Below, one piece after another: positions 27,414-39,680 of a stretch of DNA of 64,000 nucleotides. Origin of the DNA: Chrysomallon squamiferum (lineage: Eukaryota; Animalia; Mollusca); the NCBI GenBank assembly GCA_012295275.1, contig CM022665.1:19468001-19532000 (forward strand), given 5' to 3'. A model generated the notes under the pieces. It saw only the letters and a list, made by a program, of their open reading frames with translations, was not told the origin of the DNA and searched no databases. Both the position numbers and the translations under genes were made by a program. Each line of letters starts with the position of its first letter. Position 1 is the stretch's first letter.

Positions 27414-30400
27414 TTAGCCAACTTGCCACTGAAATATAAAAAATATATAAATTTAAATATAAATGTTCATATATAACCATAATAATGAAATTTACATTTG
27501 GATCAAATTGTTCAAAATATTCATATATGCATGTTTAATTTTATTTTAAATTTTGTTTTCCTCTTAATTTCTGCTTTATGTAAGGTACCAGCAGGATAAA
27601 TGGTAATAACTGATTTCCATTATGCAAAAAGACATAACAGAAACATAATTGTTGTGTGAAAATGGAAAAATGCATCTTGACATAATAAACTTATCATACT
27701 TCGTGTTTTTGAACTTCATGTTCACATAAAATCTGTTGGGTTTTTTAACAGTGGTGAATGCATCCATACAGCAGAGTTCAGTGTTTCTAGTTAAATGTTT
27801 GTTTTAGGCTTGTCAACATCTGGTAATACAAATATGAAACAGTAACTTGTTAGACTGGCAAGTTTGAGGACAGCGAAACTCATTTAACATTTACACACTT
27901 GCTCTAATTTTATCATCAATACAATGCAACTCTTCTAAACTGGAATTCCTTTAAAACATGTCCATGATTTAGACATATTTTAACACTAAATCTTATCCAG
28001 TGCTCAAACTGATACAAGTTTGTTTGGTGTCACTAATTGCTGCTAATATTCTGGCTGGTTTATCTGCCTGCAAACATTTGAACAAAACAGAAAAGGTGAT
28101 ATGAAATATTTTGTGTATGACTTGAACATTTTCACTACCCAACTGAAAGAGAAGTGTTTGGTCATGAAAGACGAACTGCTTGAGCTGAAAAGATATTTAA
28201 GATGCCTCACTGAATGGCATACTAAGTTACAAACTCACAGAATTTAATGGAATCCCTGAAAAAGAAGGCAAAAACACAAAGAACAAATTGGAACAATTTC
28301 TAAAAAGAACACAAAATGGGTAGGAAATATGAAGGATTCATATGACATGCTTTACTAAATTTGTCAAGTGTAAAGACAGAGGACTAGTTAGAAAGGCTGT
28401 GCCAAAAACTTTAATAAATAAAACATCCTGGGTCAACAAATAATTCCCAAAACAAGTCAGGGAATGGAGAAAATTGTTGTACATCATTATAAACAGCTAA
28501 AGACTGGTACAACAGTGACATTAAATTAAATGCAGATGAACTATATGTTGAAGGAACACTATTCACACTTGATAAAATAAAACCAAATTCATCTTTGTGA
28601 GACAGAAACAACCTGTTATATGGAGGAGTAATGCACAAGCCAACAATTATTGATTACAGTTCTTGCAGAAACAAGACAATAAACACAACATGACAAGCCA
28701 GTATGCTCTGTAAAATAGAGGGGCATGCAAGTTAACAAATAACAGTGATCATTTTTATCAGTTCTCTCAATTATCAAGCTACTACAGCTGATAGTACTGA
28801 ACAATGAAATGTTTTGAATGTAACAAAAATTAACATATGTACTTTAATTAGCAAGCTCAGAGATCCACAGTTTCTTAAAATGATCAGTAAATATAACATA
28901 GTTTGTCTTTTTCAATTGGCAACAGAAGACACTGATAATATTATCATTTATAAATCTGGTAATAATTTTGAACATATTAAAAATGATTTATCATGTCATA
29001 TAAATTGTACAATTTAATAGTAATCTGTACATAAAACAAACAAAAAATCAGGTCATTCCATGTCAAATTACCCAATGGGTTAAACCTGACCATTCAGATT
29101 TTTATGTAACTTGGTATACTTGTTGATTGGGATCCCACAGCACCAAATCCAAAATTTTAGGCCAATTGGACTAGTGGTGTGGAACATATGGCCCATCAAA
29201 TTTTGAGATGTTCAGCCAAAATGGGCATGACACCAACATTTGAACCCTCATATCTCAAGAACTACTGGGCCAGTCTTCATAAAATTGGTATTGTTGAAAA
29301 GGCAATATGACAAGGATTCCAAATCTCCAGTTGACTCTAAAGCTGAGTTTTGGGTCTCAGAAAAATGTATACATGTAGACAATGTACATTGTAATGCATT
29401 GTATCAATCATCTGTGCAGGTATGTGTTTTTTAAATCTGTATTGTGGCTAAGCAAAAAAGATTACACCTCTGAAATCTATATATGTTTTAGTTAACATGT
29501 GGGAGATTAAATTTCAAGAAAGGTCATGTGATACACAAGGTCAATTTCAAGTTCATAACAAAGGTCAAAAGGTCAGTGTACCCCAACATAAAAAGGATGA
29601 TGCTAGAATTGCAAGACTATGGGGGAAGTGGGTGACCGAACGATTCTGTGAATGCTGAACTGGTGAGAAGGTAATGAGGGAAGTAGTTTGATATCATATG
29701 ATCATAGAATGTAGGCCTACAATGTATTACTTGGTGATCAAGGTAGATGGTGATTCCTAGCATCAGGAATTGGTCATTCAGGTTTTATAGCTAATCAGAT
29801 GTTAATGGCAGAAAAGGTGTTATTTTCATGGACATGCAATTTTTGAATGTGTATTGCTGCTAAACAAAGAATATTACACCTCTGAAACTTTTATGTTTTA
29901 GTTAACATGTGGGAGATTAAATTTCAAGAAAGGTCATGTGATACACAAGGTCAATTTCAAGGTCATAGCAAAGGTCAAAAGGTCAGTGTACCCCAACATT
30001 CTCCAACAACTGAACAATAATGGCAGATTTCGAATCCTTGTCATTTTGCCTTTTCACCAATACCAAATCTCAAAATTCGGTGGGCCTTATCTCCCACACC
30101 ACTGGTCTGATTAGCCTAAACATTCGGATTTGGTGCTGTGGGATCCCAATCGACAAGTATACCAAATTTCATAAAAATCTGAGATGGTCAGGTCTAAAAT
30201 ATATTTATTGGGGGGGGGGGGTGATTTGACATGGAATGACCCCAAACAAAGTTATCAGCTTTATGGTGGAAATATAAGAAAACAGCATTATTAGCCAAAG
30301 AGAACATATATAAACAAACATTAAATAAATCAGTAAAGAATATTGAACATAAAAATGAGCTCTTCAACTGTCCTGGAAACAAAAATTAAAACAATGTTCA

Positions 30401-31378
30401 GAAAAAGAGCTAATTATGCACATTTTTGTATTCTATTAAAATAGAAATATAATCTATAAATTACAAGACATGTATGGAAAAGCCATAAAAAGACTTTAAA
30501 ATGCAATTAAAAATATTATAAGGTCACTGTTATTAATTCTCACTTTAAGTACGACAGACTGCTGGTATCTATCAATATTACGATGTATACATATTAGCCA
30601 ATTAACAATGTAAGAAAATAAGTCATTACCCTCAAGCCACCTCCTTCATTGATACCATGTGTCTCTGATCTTTTATTTAGCTCTTCTTGTCGTTTCTGTT
30701 TCCTTTTAAAAGCTTCTGGGTCTTTGATTCCTTTCTTACTATTTTCAGTCATTCTACGATCTGCTGCTTCAGCCAACTGTCTTCGTCTTGTTTCCTAGAA
30801 AGGAAAATAGAAAATGTGCTGAAATAAATTTAAAACCATGTTTGTGATAATTTATACTTAAAATCTTGTTAATTACTGTTTTCTAAACATTCTAAAGATT
30901 TAAAATAATAATAATATAGCCTTTTTGTCAAGATTTTCCATTTCATTTTTAGAAGAAAAAATTTAACATAATTATTTGCCTTCAACAGCTCTGATTTTTA
31001 CAATTTGATATCCATTTATGATTAAATAAAAACTAAGGTTTTGAAACTATAAAAACAAAAATAAAAATAAATAGAATAAATATTTAATATCATTCATGCT
31101 TTGGTTTTCAACTTTTAAAAATTAAATATGACTTTCAAATTATTTCATACATAATGCATTAATGATTTAATCACTATAATATTTGTAATTCAGAATACCA
31201 AACATAGTAAACTGAACAGCTACAGTGTACATGATTCACATGATGACACAAAATAATAAATGATTATTAAAGCAATAGAGCCAAATAATTTCTAAAGGTT
31301 TTGCTATTTTCTTAAAACCTGATCTGGTTGAATATAATCTTCTGAAGAGCTATTCAAACATGGCAAACACAGTCCCAT
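27414..31378 (-). CDS. SVIP: Small VCP/p97-interacting protein (3 exons, 79 aa)
   Basis: Exons 31319-31378 (MGLCLPCLNSSSEDYIQPDQ, myristoylation/palmitoylation-type start), 30630-30794 (ETRRRQLAEAADRRMTENSKKGIKDPEAFKRKQKRQEE..GGGLR, containing the VIM R-x5-AA-x2-R) and 27414-27428 (WQVG*). All junctions are phase 0. Confidence 0.92.
28070..28990 (+). mobile_element. Degenerate non-LTR retrotransposon (CR1/L2-like) fragment: ORF1 RRM region plus start of the ORF2 endonuclease
   Basis: Broken frames give NGIPEKEGKNTKNKLEQFLK, TKFVKCKDRGLVRKAVPKTL..WVNK*FPKQVREWRKLLY and ADELYVEGTLF (ORF1 of L1-RRM type). These are followed at 28814 by INICTLISKLRDPQFLKMISKYNIVCL (AP-endonuclease motifs I-II). 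Lies in SVIP intron 2, antisense to SVIP. Boundaries approximate. Confidence 0.7.
29051..30241. mobile_element. Non-autonomous DNA transposon with long imperfect TIRs and an internal direct repeat
   Basis: GGTCATTCCATGTCAAATTACCC at 29051 is inverted as GGGTGATTTGACATGGAATGACC ending 30241. The inversion continues (TTGGTATACTTGTTGATTGGGATCCCACAGCACCAAATCC vs GGATTTGGTGCTGTGGGATCCCAATCGACAAGTATACCAA) for about 140-160 bp. Internal repeat of about 150 bp at 29436-29589 and 29847-29999. Confidence 0.85.
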
Positions 31379-31379
31379 T

Positions 31380-31810
31380 TTAATACTTAAAAGTAGATGA
31401 AACTGAAAGAACAGTAAACAACATTTCCTAAATAATAATTATTTCCCTTACTAGACTTATGACTCGTCGATCGTTTTCATTTTATGCTTTTGCAGCGCAA
31501 CGTTGACGAGATACTTTCAACATACAGAACCGTACCAGTTTGATTGGACAAGAATAGCTTAAGTAAAGTGTTGATTTTATTTGTTTGTAGTTAATTCAGA
31601 ACACTGGATTGCGTATCTGTAAATCAAAACAGAGCTGCTTTGTTAACTAAGTTGTGTATTTTAATTCAGAACACTGGATTCTGTGTCTGTAATCAGAACA
31701 GAACTGATTTGTTTGGTCCCGACGGGGATTTAATTTCGGTGATTTGGTTTACCTTCATCATTTATGAGAGTCATATTTTCAATGAAATGAAGTTGAATCA
31801 TGAACGTGGT
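31380..31810. promoter_or_regulatory. Divergent promoter region shared by SVIP (-) and INSC (+), with a probable non-coding first INSC exon ending at 31808
   Basis: CpG-rich patch at 31460-31515, inverted CCAAT (TGATTGG at 31541), and donor GTG|GTAGGT at 31808/31809 upstream of the acceptor at about 32586-32590 that precedes the INSC ATG. Confidence 0.5.
31591..31714. repeat. Two diverged copies of a unit with a 70-bp period
   Basis: TTAATTCAGAACACTGGATT at 31591 and 31661, each followed by similar (g/c)..TCTGT(A)AATCA(A/G)AACAGA(G/A)CTG.TTTGTT. Confidence 0.85.
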
Positions 31811-32621
31811 AGGTTTAAAACATTCCTAGAATAACTGTAAACAAAAAGCAAATTATGGACTTCAAGGATGCTGTGACGTCGACTACACGTAGGAAAACAT
31901 CAAATGTAAACGTAAGATAATATTAAAATTATTACCGTAACACTTCACGCATACATGATAGTGATACAGCTGCTGTAAGACGTATTCATAATTCAGTAAT
32001 CATCCAGTTTAGATGTAGGCCATGTCACCAAAGTGTTTATTGGATATTTTGCCATGATTTCTTGTTTTCCTTGTTCGAATATAAAACTAAATTCTAATAA
32101 CTGCCATCTTTCATTCTTTGACTTGTCAAATAATTCAGTTTTTCATTCTCATGGGCTCATTCATGGATCTGTCACTATCACTGAGTGTCAGTTGTGATAT
32201 AGTAGGGGTTTTAATAATTATGTTAAAAGCACCTTAAATTTTGTAATTTGAGCGGAATGCATTAATTTCGACAGCTTATTTTTTTCAAAAATTAGATAAT
32301 TCGATTTAAATTGGTCAGTCCTATTAAATATTTGAATTTATAACAGACATTTAATTAATATATTATATTATATTCATAATTGTTTTTAAGAACACACATG
32401 TCTTTATTTTATGCAGTTAATGAATTACTCAGTAATTCAGTTAGTTAACATACTTAATTCCCATTAGTCTTATTCTTTAAAATCTTTGGCAGTTCTGTCA
32501 TTTGAATCACATAGTAATTACTTTTGTTTTGACTGTAATTTCACTAATTGTACACAGAATTTCATGATCATTCATTTATTTTTCAGCCAGATCAGCCACT
32601 CTTTGTGAATTAGTAAGAAAT

Positions 32622-35600
32622 ATGGATAGAGAACTATTGTAAGTAAATTTAATAATAGTATTGTTATCATTGTGTAAATGTTATGTTTGAAATGTATTAT
32701 TAAAACTATAAATAAATTATTCATATTTGTTTTAATTATGCATTTTTATTTTGTCTTGCCTTGATTGCACAAACTGTTAAATACTATAAACTTTAATAAA
32801 GCAATTACATGTGTGTAAAAATTCAACTCTTAAGGTTTAAAGCTCTACCCACTTCATAGATCTGTATTACCTGAATATATTATATATTTGTGTTTATCAT
32901 CTAAACAATAATACCCAGCAATAAATACTTTTATTATTAGGTTATACATTTTTTGAAATAAAATATGAAGGCTAATTTTTATAACAATATGAGAAAAGAG
33001 ATGTAACACTCTTAAAATATTATTTTTATATATTAAAAATAATGTTGATTATGTGTCTCATGCTGTTACTAGCATAGTGCATCTAAGTAGTCTTGTTGTG
33101 TTACAAATTTTGTACATGTTTTTGTGAACATGCTACTGTTATTTCATCTGTTGAAACAGCTGTGAAATGATACTATGCTCCAGAGATTTTGTTATACCGT
33201 ATATACTTGTGTACAAGGCGACCTTATGTATAAGTCTATGTGTATTTTAAGACCAAAAATTGCGTCATTTTAGGTATTACTTGTGTATAAGTCGACTGTA
33301 GATTCCAGCAATATTTTTTTCTATCGAAACTCTGCTACAAGACACGCCCCCGATCCTATTCCTAGCGCGCTAATTGGCCGAGGCTTCGCACACTTGGCAA
33401 CCGACTAAAATAACAAATATGGCGAGAAGTTGAACTGATTTTTGTTGCAGAATGTTTATAGAAATTTAATTTGTTTTCGATTTGTCGGTAGTGGATATTA
33501 ATGACGATTGCAATATTATTTCACCAAATTCTTTACAATTACACAAGTGAGTTTTGTTTATGAAATTAGGACCGATATTTAGTGCAATTTGGCAGAGAAG
33601 TCTACATTCCTAGATCATTGCAAGACGCCGTAAGGCATAACGCCGTACTGACGGTTTTCTCACTTTAAAATGTATTTTTATGTCATTAAACGGAAAAATA
33701 TCATGTTTTACATTCATATTTGGTTTTGTTATTTAATTTTTCAAAACATTTTATACGATAAAATTATATTTTTGAAAAGCTGAAAGACCGCGATTATTTT
33801 AGATGCATCCTGTAGCAAAAAATAGTCAAAATGGCGACTCTTCAGCAACAGCTACAAAAGCATTACCTATGTATAAGTCGACCCCCAAAATATTACCTTA
33901 ATATAGTCTCCCAAAAATTCGACTTATACACAAGTATATACGTTAACTCAGTATACATCAGCTGCTAAGTAAAGCAGTCATCATAGGTACAGAGTAGAAC
34001 TGTGCAAAATTGAAACCAAATGAGACATTCAAAAGAATATTACTTTCAAAGTCATTATGTACTCGTACAAAATTTAGAATTATCGCATAATTTAAATATA
34101 ATTCCTGAAAATTTCAGAAAATATATTTAATCAGTGAAATGAAAGTATTGTGCCCATAGAAAATCTAGGCATCTGCAGAGCCAAGGGTCACTTAATACTT
34201 CATTACTATATTTTATAACTTACATTTAGTTTTAACAAGTATTAATACTTGTGATATACACAGCCCTTCTTAGAAATACTTATTAAAAGCTGAAAAAATT
34301 ATCGAAGTAATGTAAGTAAACAAATGCAGGTGAAATATTTGCTGAATTAATTTTGTTAGAAATTGTCCGTGTTAATATTTGTATGGAATTTTTTTAGAAA
34401 TCTTTCAATGGATGAGGTAGTTAAAAAATGGTTACTAGAGCTGCGTGATGTAACAGAAAATGAATGTATGAGTGTGCTGCAGGGAAAGTCTCTCAGCTGC
34501 AAGAAAGAATCTGATCACACAGCATATCTTGTTAGTGAAATAAAAGGTAAATTCAACATTTGAAATAAGTAGCTCAGTTTACATTTTTTTTATTTAAGCA
34601 TAATTTTTAACTGATGATTTAGGATAGCAATAAATACCAGTGTATTTCATTACCTTTATAATATTAAAGAAATATGTTTGATTTATTATTTTATCTTATC
34701 ACTGGCTTTATGCGTTTGTGTATGTCACATAATGATAAAGTACAAAGTTGGATGATGGTATGTAATATTAAAATGAATATGTGTTATAGTGAAGTGGTGT
34801 GATACATATTGATATTCATTCCTGTTTTTTGATGTAAGCATTTTAGAAATAAAGTCAAAAGTTTAGTTTGATATTTATTTTACAGATGTGGTGGATTTAA
34901 TCAAGACTGAATCTAATGCAGTCAGTGTAGACTTTGAAACTCTTTTCAGGTATTTTGCACTTCAAAAATAAAATAAAAATTATGCTCTTCTAATTTAAAA
35001 TAATTTTTAAGATACTCTGTATTTTATATCTATTTTCCAAAAGAGAATGAAAGTAGTTTTACAACCATAAAAATAACTAAGAACTTCAATTTATTTTTAT
35101 ATCTGTATTTGCCGTTATTTATGTTTTATTTATTTAATCAGAGATGTAAATTTCTAATACTGTTTTTATGATAAATACAGTTAAAACTTTTAACTGTTGT
35201 AGAACAGCTAAACATAGTTTAAAGAAGTTTATGTTAACATAAGGAAAAGGCTAATTAACATCATCCTGTAATGAATGCTTTTCTCTGCCCATTCAAGGAG
35301 TGTAGAAAGTGGAGATTGGAAACATCTTGGACAACATGGCATACAAGTGACACATCACATACGATCGCTCATCCAGGTCTGCATTAAATGTGTGAGAGAC
35401 CCACCTGTTCACATTGTAGAGGTACAGTACATTAGTCATCTTAACATTTTTACACTGTTATTTCAGAGTTGGTGTCAATGTATAAAAGAATATAAATAGT
35501 TTTATTTTGTATTTAGAAATTATGTTGAGTAATTCTAATTATGTTATATTTGTTATTTCAGCAACAAGAACGTGTTATGGGAGAATGTGCAAAATTGGCT

Positions 35601-37715
35601 CAGCTGGTTAATGGGTAAATGTATTGTTTTATAATTTGTCACACATAACCAGTCTTTTGTAAACAATTAGAAGGATTGTTCCATTACTCACAGTTACAGT
35701 TATTAGGTCAACAGAGAATAGAAATCAAAATAAACAAACTGATGCACACATTATTATTCAAAGTAATAATGTCAACAACAAAACTCTTTATTCCTATGTC
35801 TTAAATATTGACTTGATTGACCTGAAGAAAAATTTAAAAGAAAAAAAATGACAATTTCAAATTAAAATATTTTACTTAAGCAAAAATTATGAAGCATCAT
35901 CAACATCCACTTAAACTGTCAGTAATCTTCATGTTAGAGAGTGTTTCTTCTGACAAAGTGTACCTTTGACTTGAGATGCAAACAAATGTTGAAAAACATT
36001 AGGATAATCCAGATTAATATATTTGTTTCTGGTAAACCCATTAAAGTTAAAATAATGTATGATTGTAATAATACAAAACATTTTTGAACTTTCACATCTT
36101 TACCCATGTTGTTAATTCTCTGTTTTTTATTACAGTTTCAGTCAAGGTGATCAACTTCCAGCTAAAATTCCACTTACAAATCAGCTAACATATCTGGGCC
36201 AGTCCTTTAGTCTTTTGGTAGATTACATTCTTGGATACCTAGTACAGGTATATTTAATGAGATATTTTACAGATATTTCAATTTATGAACCAGCTAGGTT
36301 TGTGTTGGTTTTTTTGTTTTGTTTTTTAAATTTTATTTAATGTTACATGTTTGAAGTATAAATTGTATTCCTTGGTAAAAAGAACATGAATTTAAAGAAT
36401 TGATTTTTATGCTGTTGTCTTCATTTTTAAAATGTATTTAAGAACAATACAGTGTTTATATAAATATTTTTCTTCTAATACCATTGTTTTAAAAAAAAAT
36501 TTTTTTAATGAATTATAGGAAGAGAAAATAATGTAATTATTCATGACTGTGTTTTAGAAATTGGTTGAACTGTTAGATGAGGCCTCTGTACCACAAGCTG
36601 TAAAGAGTGCTATAGAATGTTTCATTGGTCTTGGTTTGGATGGAGAACATATGTGCTACATTCTAGCCAGGGTGAATATTTTTCATTTTTCATTTATAAT
36701 GTATTCATTTACTTGTTTGTTTGTTTATTGAGATTACTTGTTATGTGTTTTATTTTGTTTTATTTTTTTATTATTTCTGTTTCTTTAACATGTTTTATTA
36801 GTGATTATATTTTGATCTGAAATAAACCATTATTTTGTTTTCTCACTAGGAAGGAGGAGTGCGATCATTGCTTGACATCTGCCGCACTGATTCACTTGCA
36901 TTTGCTCACTCACAAGCCCTGAGAGCTTTAGCAACTCTCAGTTGTGTACCTGAAACAATTGTGGAGTTTGAAAGGGTATTTTGTTACCTTAACATTTCAC
37001 TCAACACATTTAATCTAATATACAAAGGCTAAGATAACATTTTTTCTCACTTAGCATCAAACAATTGTAATTTTACATGGACAGCAAAGCACATGCACAA
37101 GTTTTAACAGTTATGTTTACCAGGTCAAAAAAGAAGTTGTCTCAGATGAACTTTCTACCCTGGAACTAGACAGTGCTCCTTTACTGTAGAAAAATACATA
37201 ATTAATTAATCATCATAATTATCAACAGAAAACATTATTTTTCATTTTTAGAAATAGACATACATTCATAATTCATTTTAAAGCTTCAGTGTATACAGAC
37301 ATAGTTTAAAATATGAAGAACAAATTATAGTCAGTTTTATTTATTTGTCTGTAATATATAACCCTGTTGGTTTCTCAGTTTCTCTTTGAACAAATTTCAG
37401 GAGAATGGTTTAGAGTTGTTAACTGAACTGCTGTGTGACATCTCTATGTCTGAGTCTGTACAGGGAGAAGCTGCAGGTGTGCTTGCTCAGATCACCTCTC
37501 CTTGCATCGAACAAAACCAACACTTAGGTGGCTTTGTCGATAACATTCAAGATCTGCTCCAGGCTCTGCTTAGTAAGAACATTTTAGCAACATCTATTAT
37601 GGATGGATATCAGTTTTAATGTGACTTTTTTATTATTATAATTATTGTTACAGTACTGTTGTTATTGTTGTTATTATAATTATTATTATTATTATTATTA
37701 TTATTGCTAATGTTT

Positions 37716-37750
<35 letters not shown>

Positions 37751-39638
37751 TTAACTTCATTTGAACTTACACAGTTTCCAGTTTAAATCCAAAAAAACAA
37801 CATTATTTTCAATCTTATGTGATAAAGAGCATGTATTAATTAATAGTGTTTAATTAATTTGTTTATAGAGATAATACAAAAGACAAAGTCAAGGGAGGTA
37901 TTCCTTTTAGCAGCAGCGGCAACAGCAAATATGACTTTCATTGATCCCACAGCTTGTGAAATTCTGCATGAAAACAAAGCTCAAAGTATTTTGGTACAGC
38001 AGTGTTTGTTACAGAAAGCTGAATCACTGTTTGCTAAAGATCAGGTAAGACTCACTGTGTTGCAGTTTGAAATTTAACTCATCACTGACTTTATGATTTT
38101 AAATTTACATTATGGATCATGATCTAGCTCTGTATCTGATGTGTTTTTACCCTTTTTTTCTTTTTCAAATTGACAAAAAACCCAATAATCTTTCCTCGTT
38201 TGTTTTGGTATGTTTTGATTAGTTAGGGTTTGTAAGAGCAAATAGGATATGTTTGATTGATGTATCTCTGCCATAGTGTGTTGAATAAAACAAGCTCATA
38301 GCGGTTTTGTACATTATAAAATTTTCATGTAACCAAGTTTTGACATGCCTCTGATTCACTGAAAACTTTTTTTCTTTCTTTCTTTCTTATTAACCATTGC
38401 CATTTTATTGTTTTTGGTGCTGTAAATTACATGTTATGATTTAGCTGTATCTCCCTTACTTTGTTCAGATAGCTACAATTTTGGCAAACATGGCTGCTGT
38501 GAACAATTGTTTGACAGGCTTGATAGACAACAAAGTAATAGATTTGCTCATCAGTTTCCTGAAGGAAAGTCCATCTCTGTGCAGAAACGAAGCAGAGTTG
38601 GCTGCTTGCGAACGTGTGCAGCAGAAAGCAGCCATTGCTCTTACACGATTGTGTCGAAAAGAAACCTATGCCCAGAAAATAATTGACCTGGAAGGTAAAA
38701 GAAAACTGGAGATAAAAATATTTGTACAGCACAGTTTATAGCATCCACATACTTGCTTTTATTTTCACTTGTGATTAGACACTGTATGACATTATAATTT
38801 GTTCATCTCTTTATGATTAGGAAATCAATTTTAAAGGAATTAAGTTCTTTAAAAATAGTGTGATAACGCCATTACTGCAAATTGACATTTTGTTAATTAC
38901 GTTTCTTTGTAGTGATAGGTGAAATGTTTATTTTGGTAATACAATGAAGAGAGAAACTTCAGCAGTTTTATTTTTGTCTTTTTATTATTACTAACTTTTC
39001 TTTTAATTAGGCATACCAAGACTAGTAAAACTATGCAGAGTGACTCAGGAAAGGAATAACAGTGATGCTGTTCTAGTGGCTAGTTTGGTAAGTTATTAAT
39101 TTATAAACAAAAGTTAATGTCGTATCACTAGCTGTTCTGTCCATGCAATACAATTACTGTAAAATTAAAAGTAAGTTAGAAGTTTAGCTGAAAATAAATC
39201 AGGATGATAGTGTCCTTATATTAAAAGTTCTTTTTTTCCCTTATATATTGAACTGTCATCATTTTACTTATTCCTACCAAGCAGTAACAGTATCTTAGAA
39301 TGTTCAGTATTCACTGAACTATATCAGAGATGTATTTTTTCATATATGAACTACAACATAATGTCTGATTGAGTTACTCATTCCAAGTTTCCATTAAAAT
39401 CATTTAAAAAAAAAAAAATTATATTATTAAATGTAATATTGTTTCCATTGATCTGAAATGTTCAGACAGTATTGTATTTAATTAATATTATTTTATATCA
39501 TTGCAGGCAGCACTGAGAAAAATTTGTTCTACATGTGGCAACAAGAATGTAAATGAAGTTGATCTTCAGCAGTTGATAGTTCCTCGACTGATGGATTCAT
39601 TTGTGATGTGTTCACGAAGTGATGAAAATTTTGTATGA
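32622..39638 (+). CDS. INSC: Protein inscuteable homolog (13 coding exons, 513 aa)
   Basis: Exons 32622-32638, 34398-34546, 34886-34949, 35298-35421, 35562-35614, 36136-36247, 36558-36671, 36850-36975, 37401-37572, 37869-38044, 38469-38694, 39011-39087, 39507-39638(TGA), total 1542 nt. LGN/Pins-binding peptide VKKWLLELRDVTENECMSVLQGKSL. ARM-like region (EGGVRSLL, EAAGVLAQITSP, EVFLLAAAATANMTF, ACERVQQKAAIALTRLCR, ERNNSDAVLVASLAALRKI). C-terminal PDZ-binding-type end DENFV. The first coding exon is the least certain. Confidence 0.93.
33197..33943. mobile_element. Tc2/pogo-family MITE in an INSC intron
   Basis: TA|CCGTATATACTTGTGTACAAGGCG ... CGACTTATACACAAGTATATACGT|TA. TA target duplication, with repeated subterminal GTATAAGTCGAC motifs at 33285 and 33871. 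Confidence 0.85.
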
Positions 39639-39680
39639 TTGAAACCCAGTATTTTGTATGATTGAAAACCAGTATTTTGT
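39629..39680 (+). repeat. 23-bp tandem duplication spanning the INSC stop codon
   Basis: TTTTGTATGATTGAAACCCAGTA TTTTGTATGATTGAAAACCAGTA TTTTGT. Confidence 0.9.
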
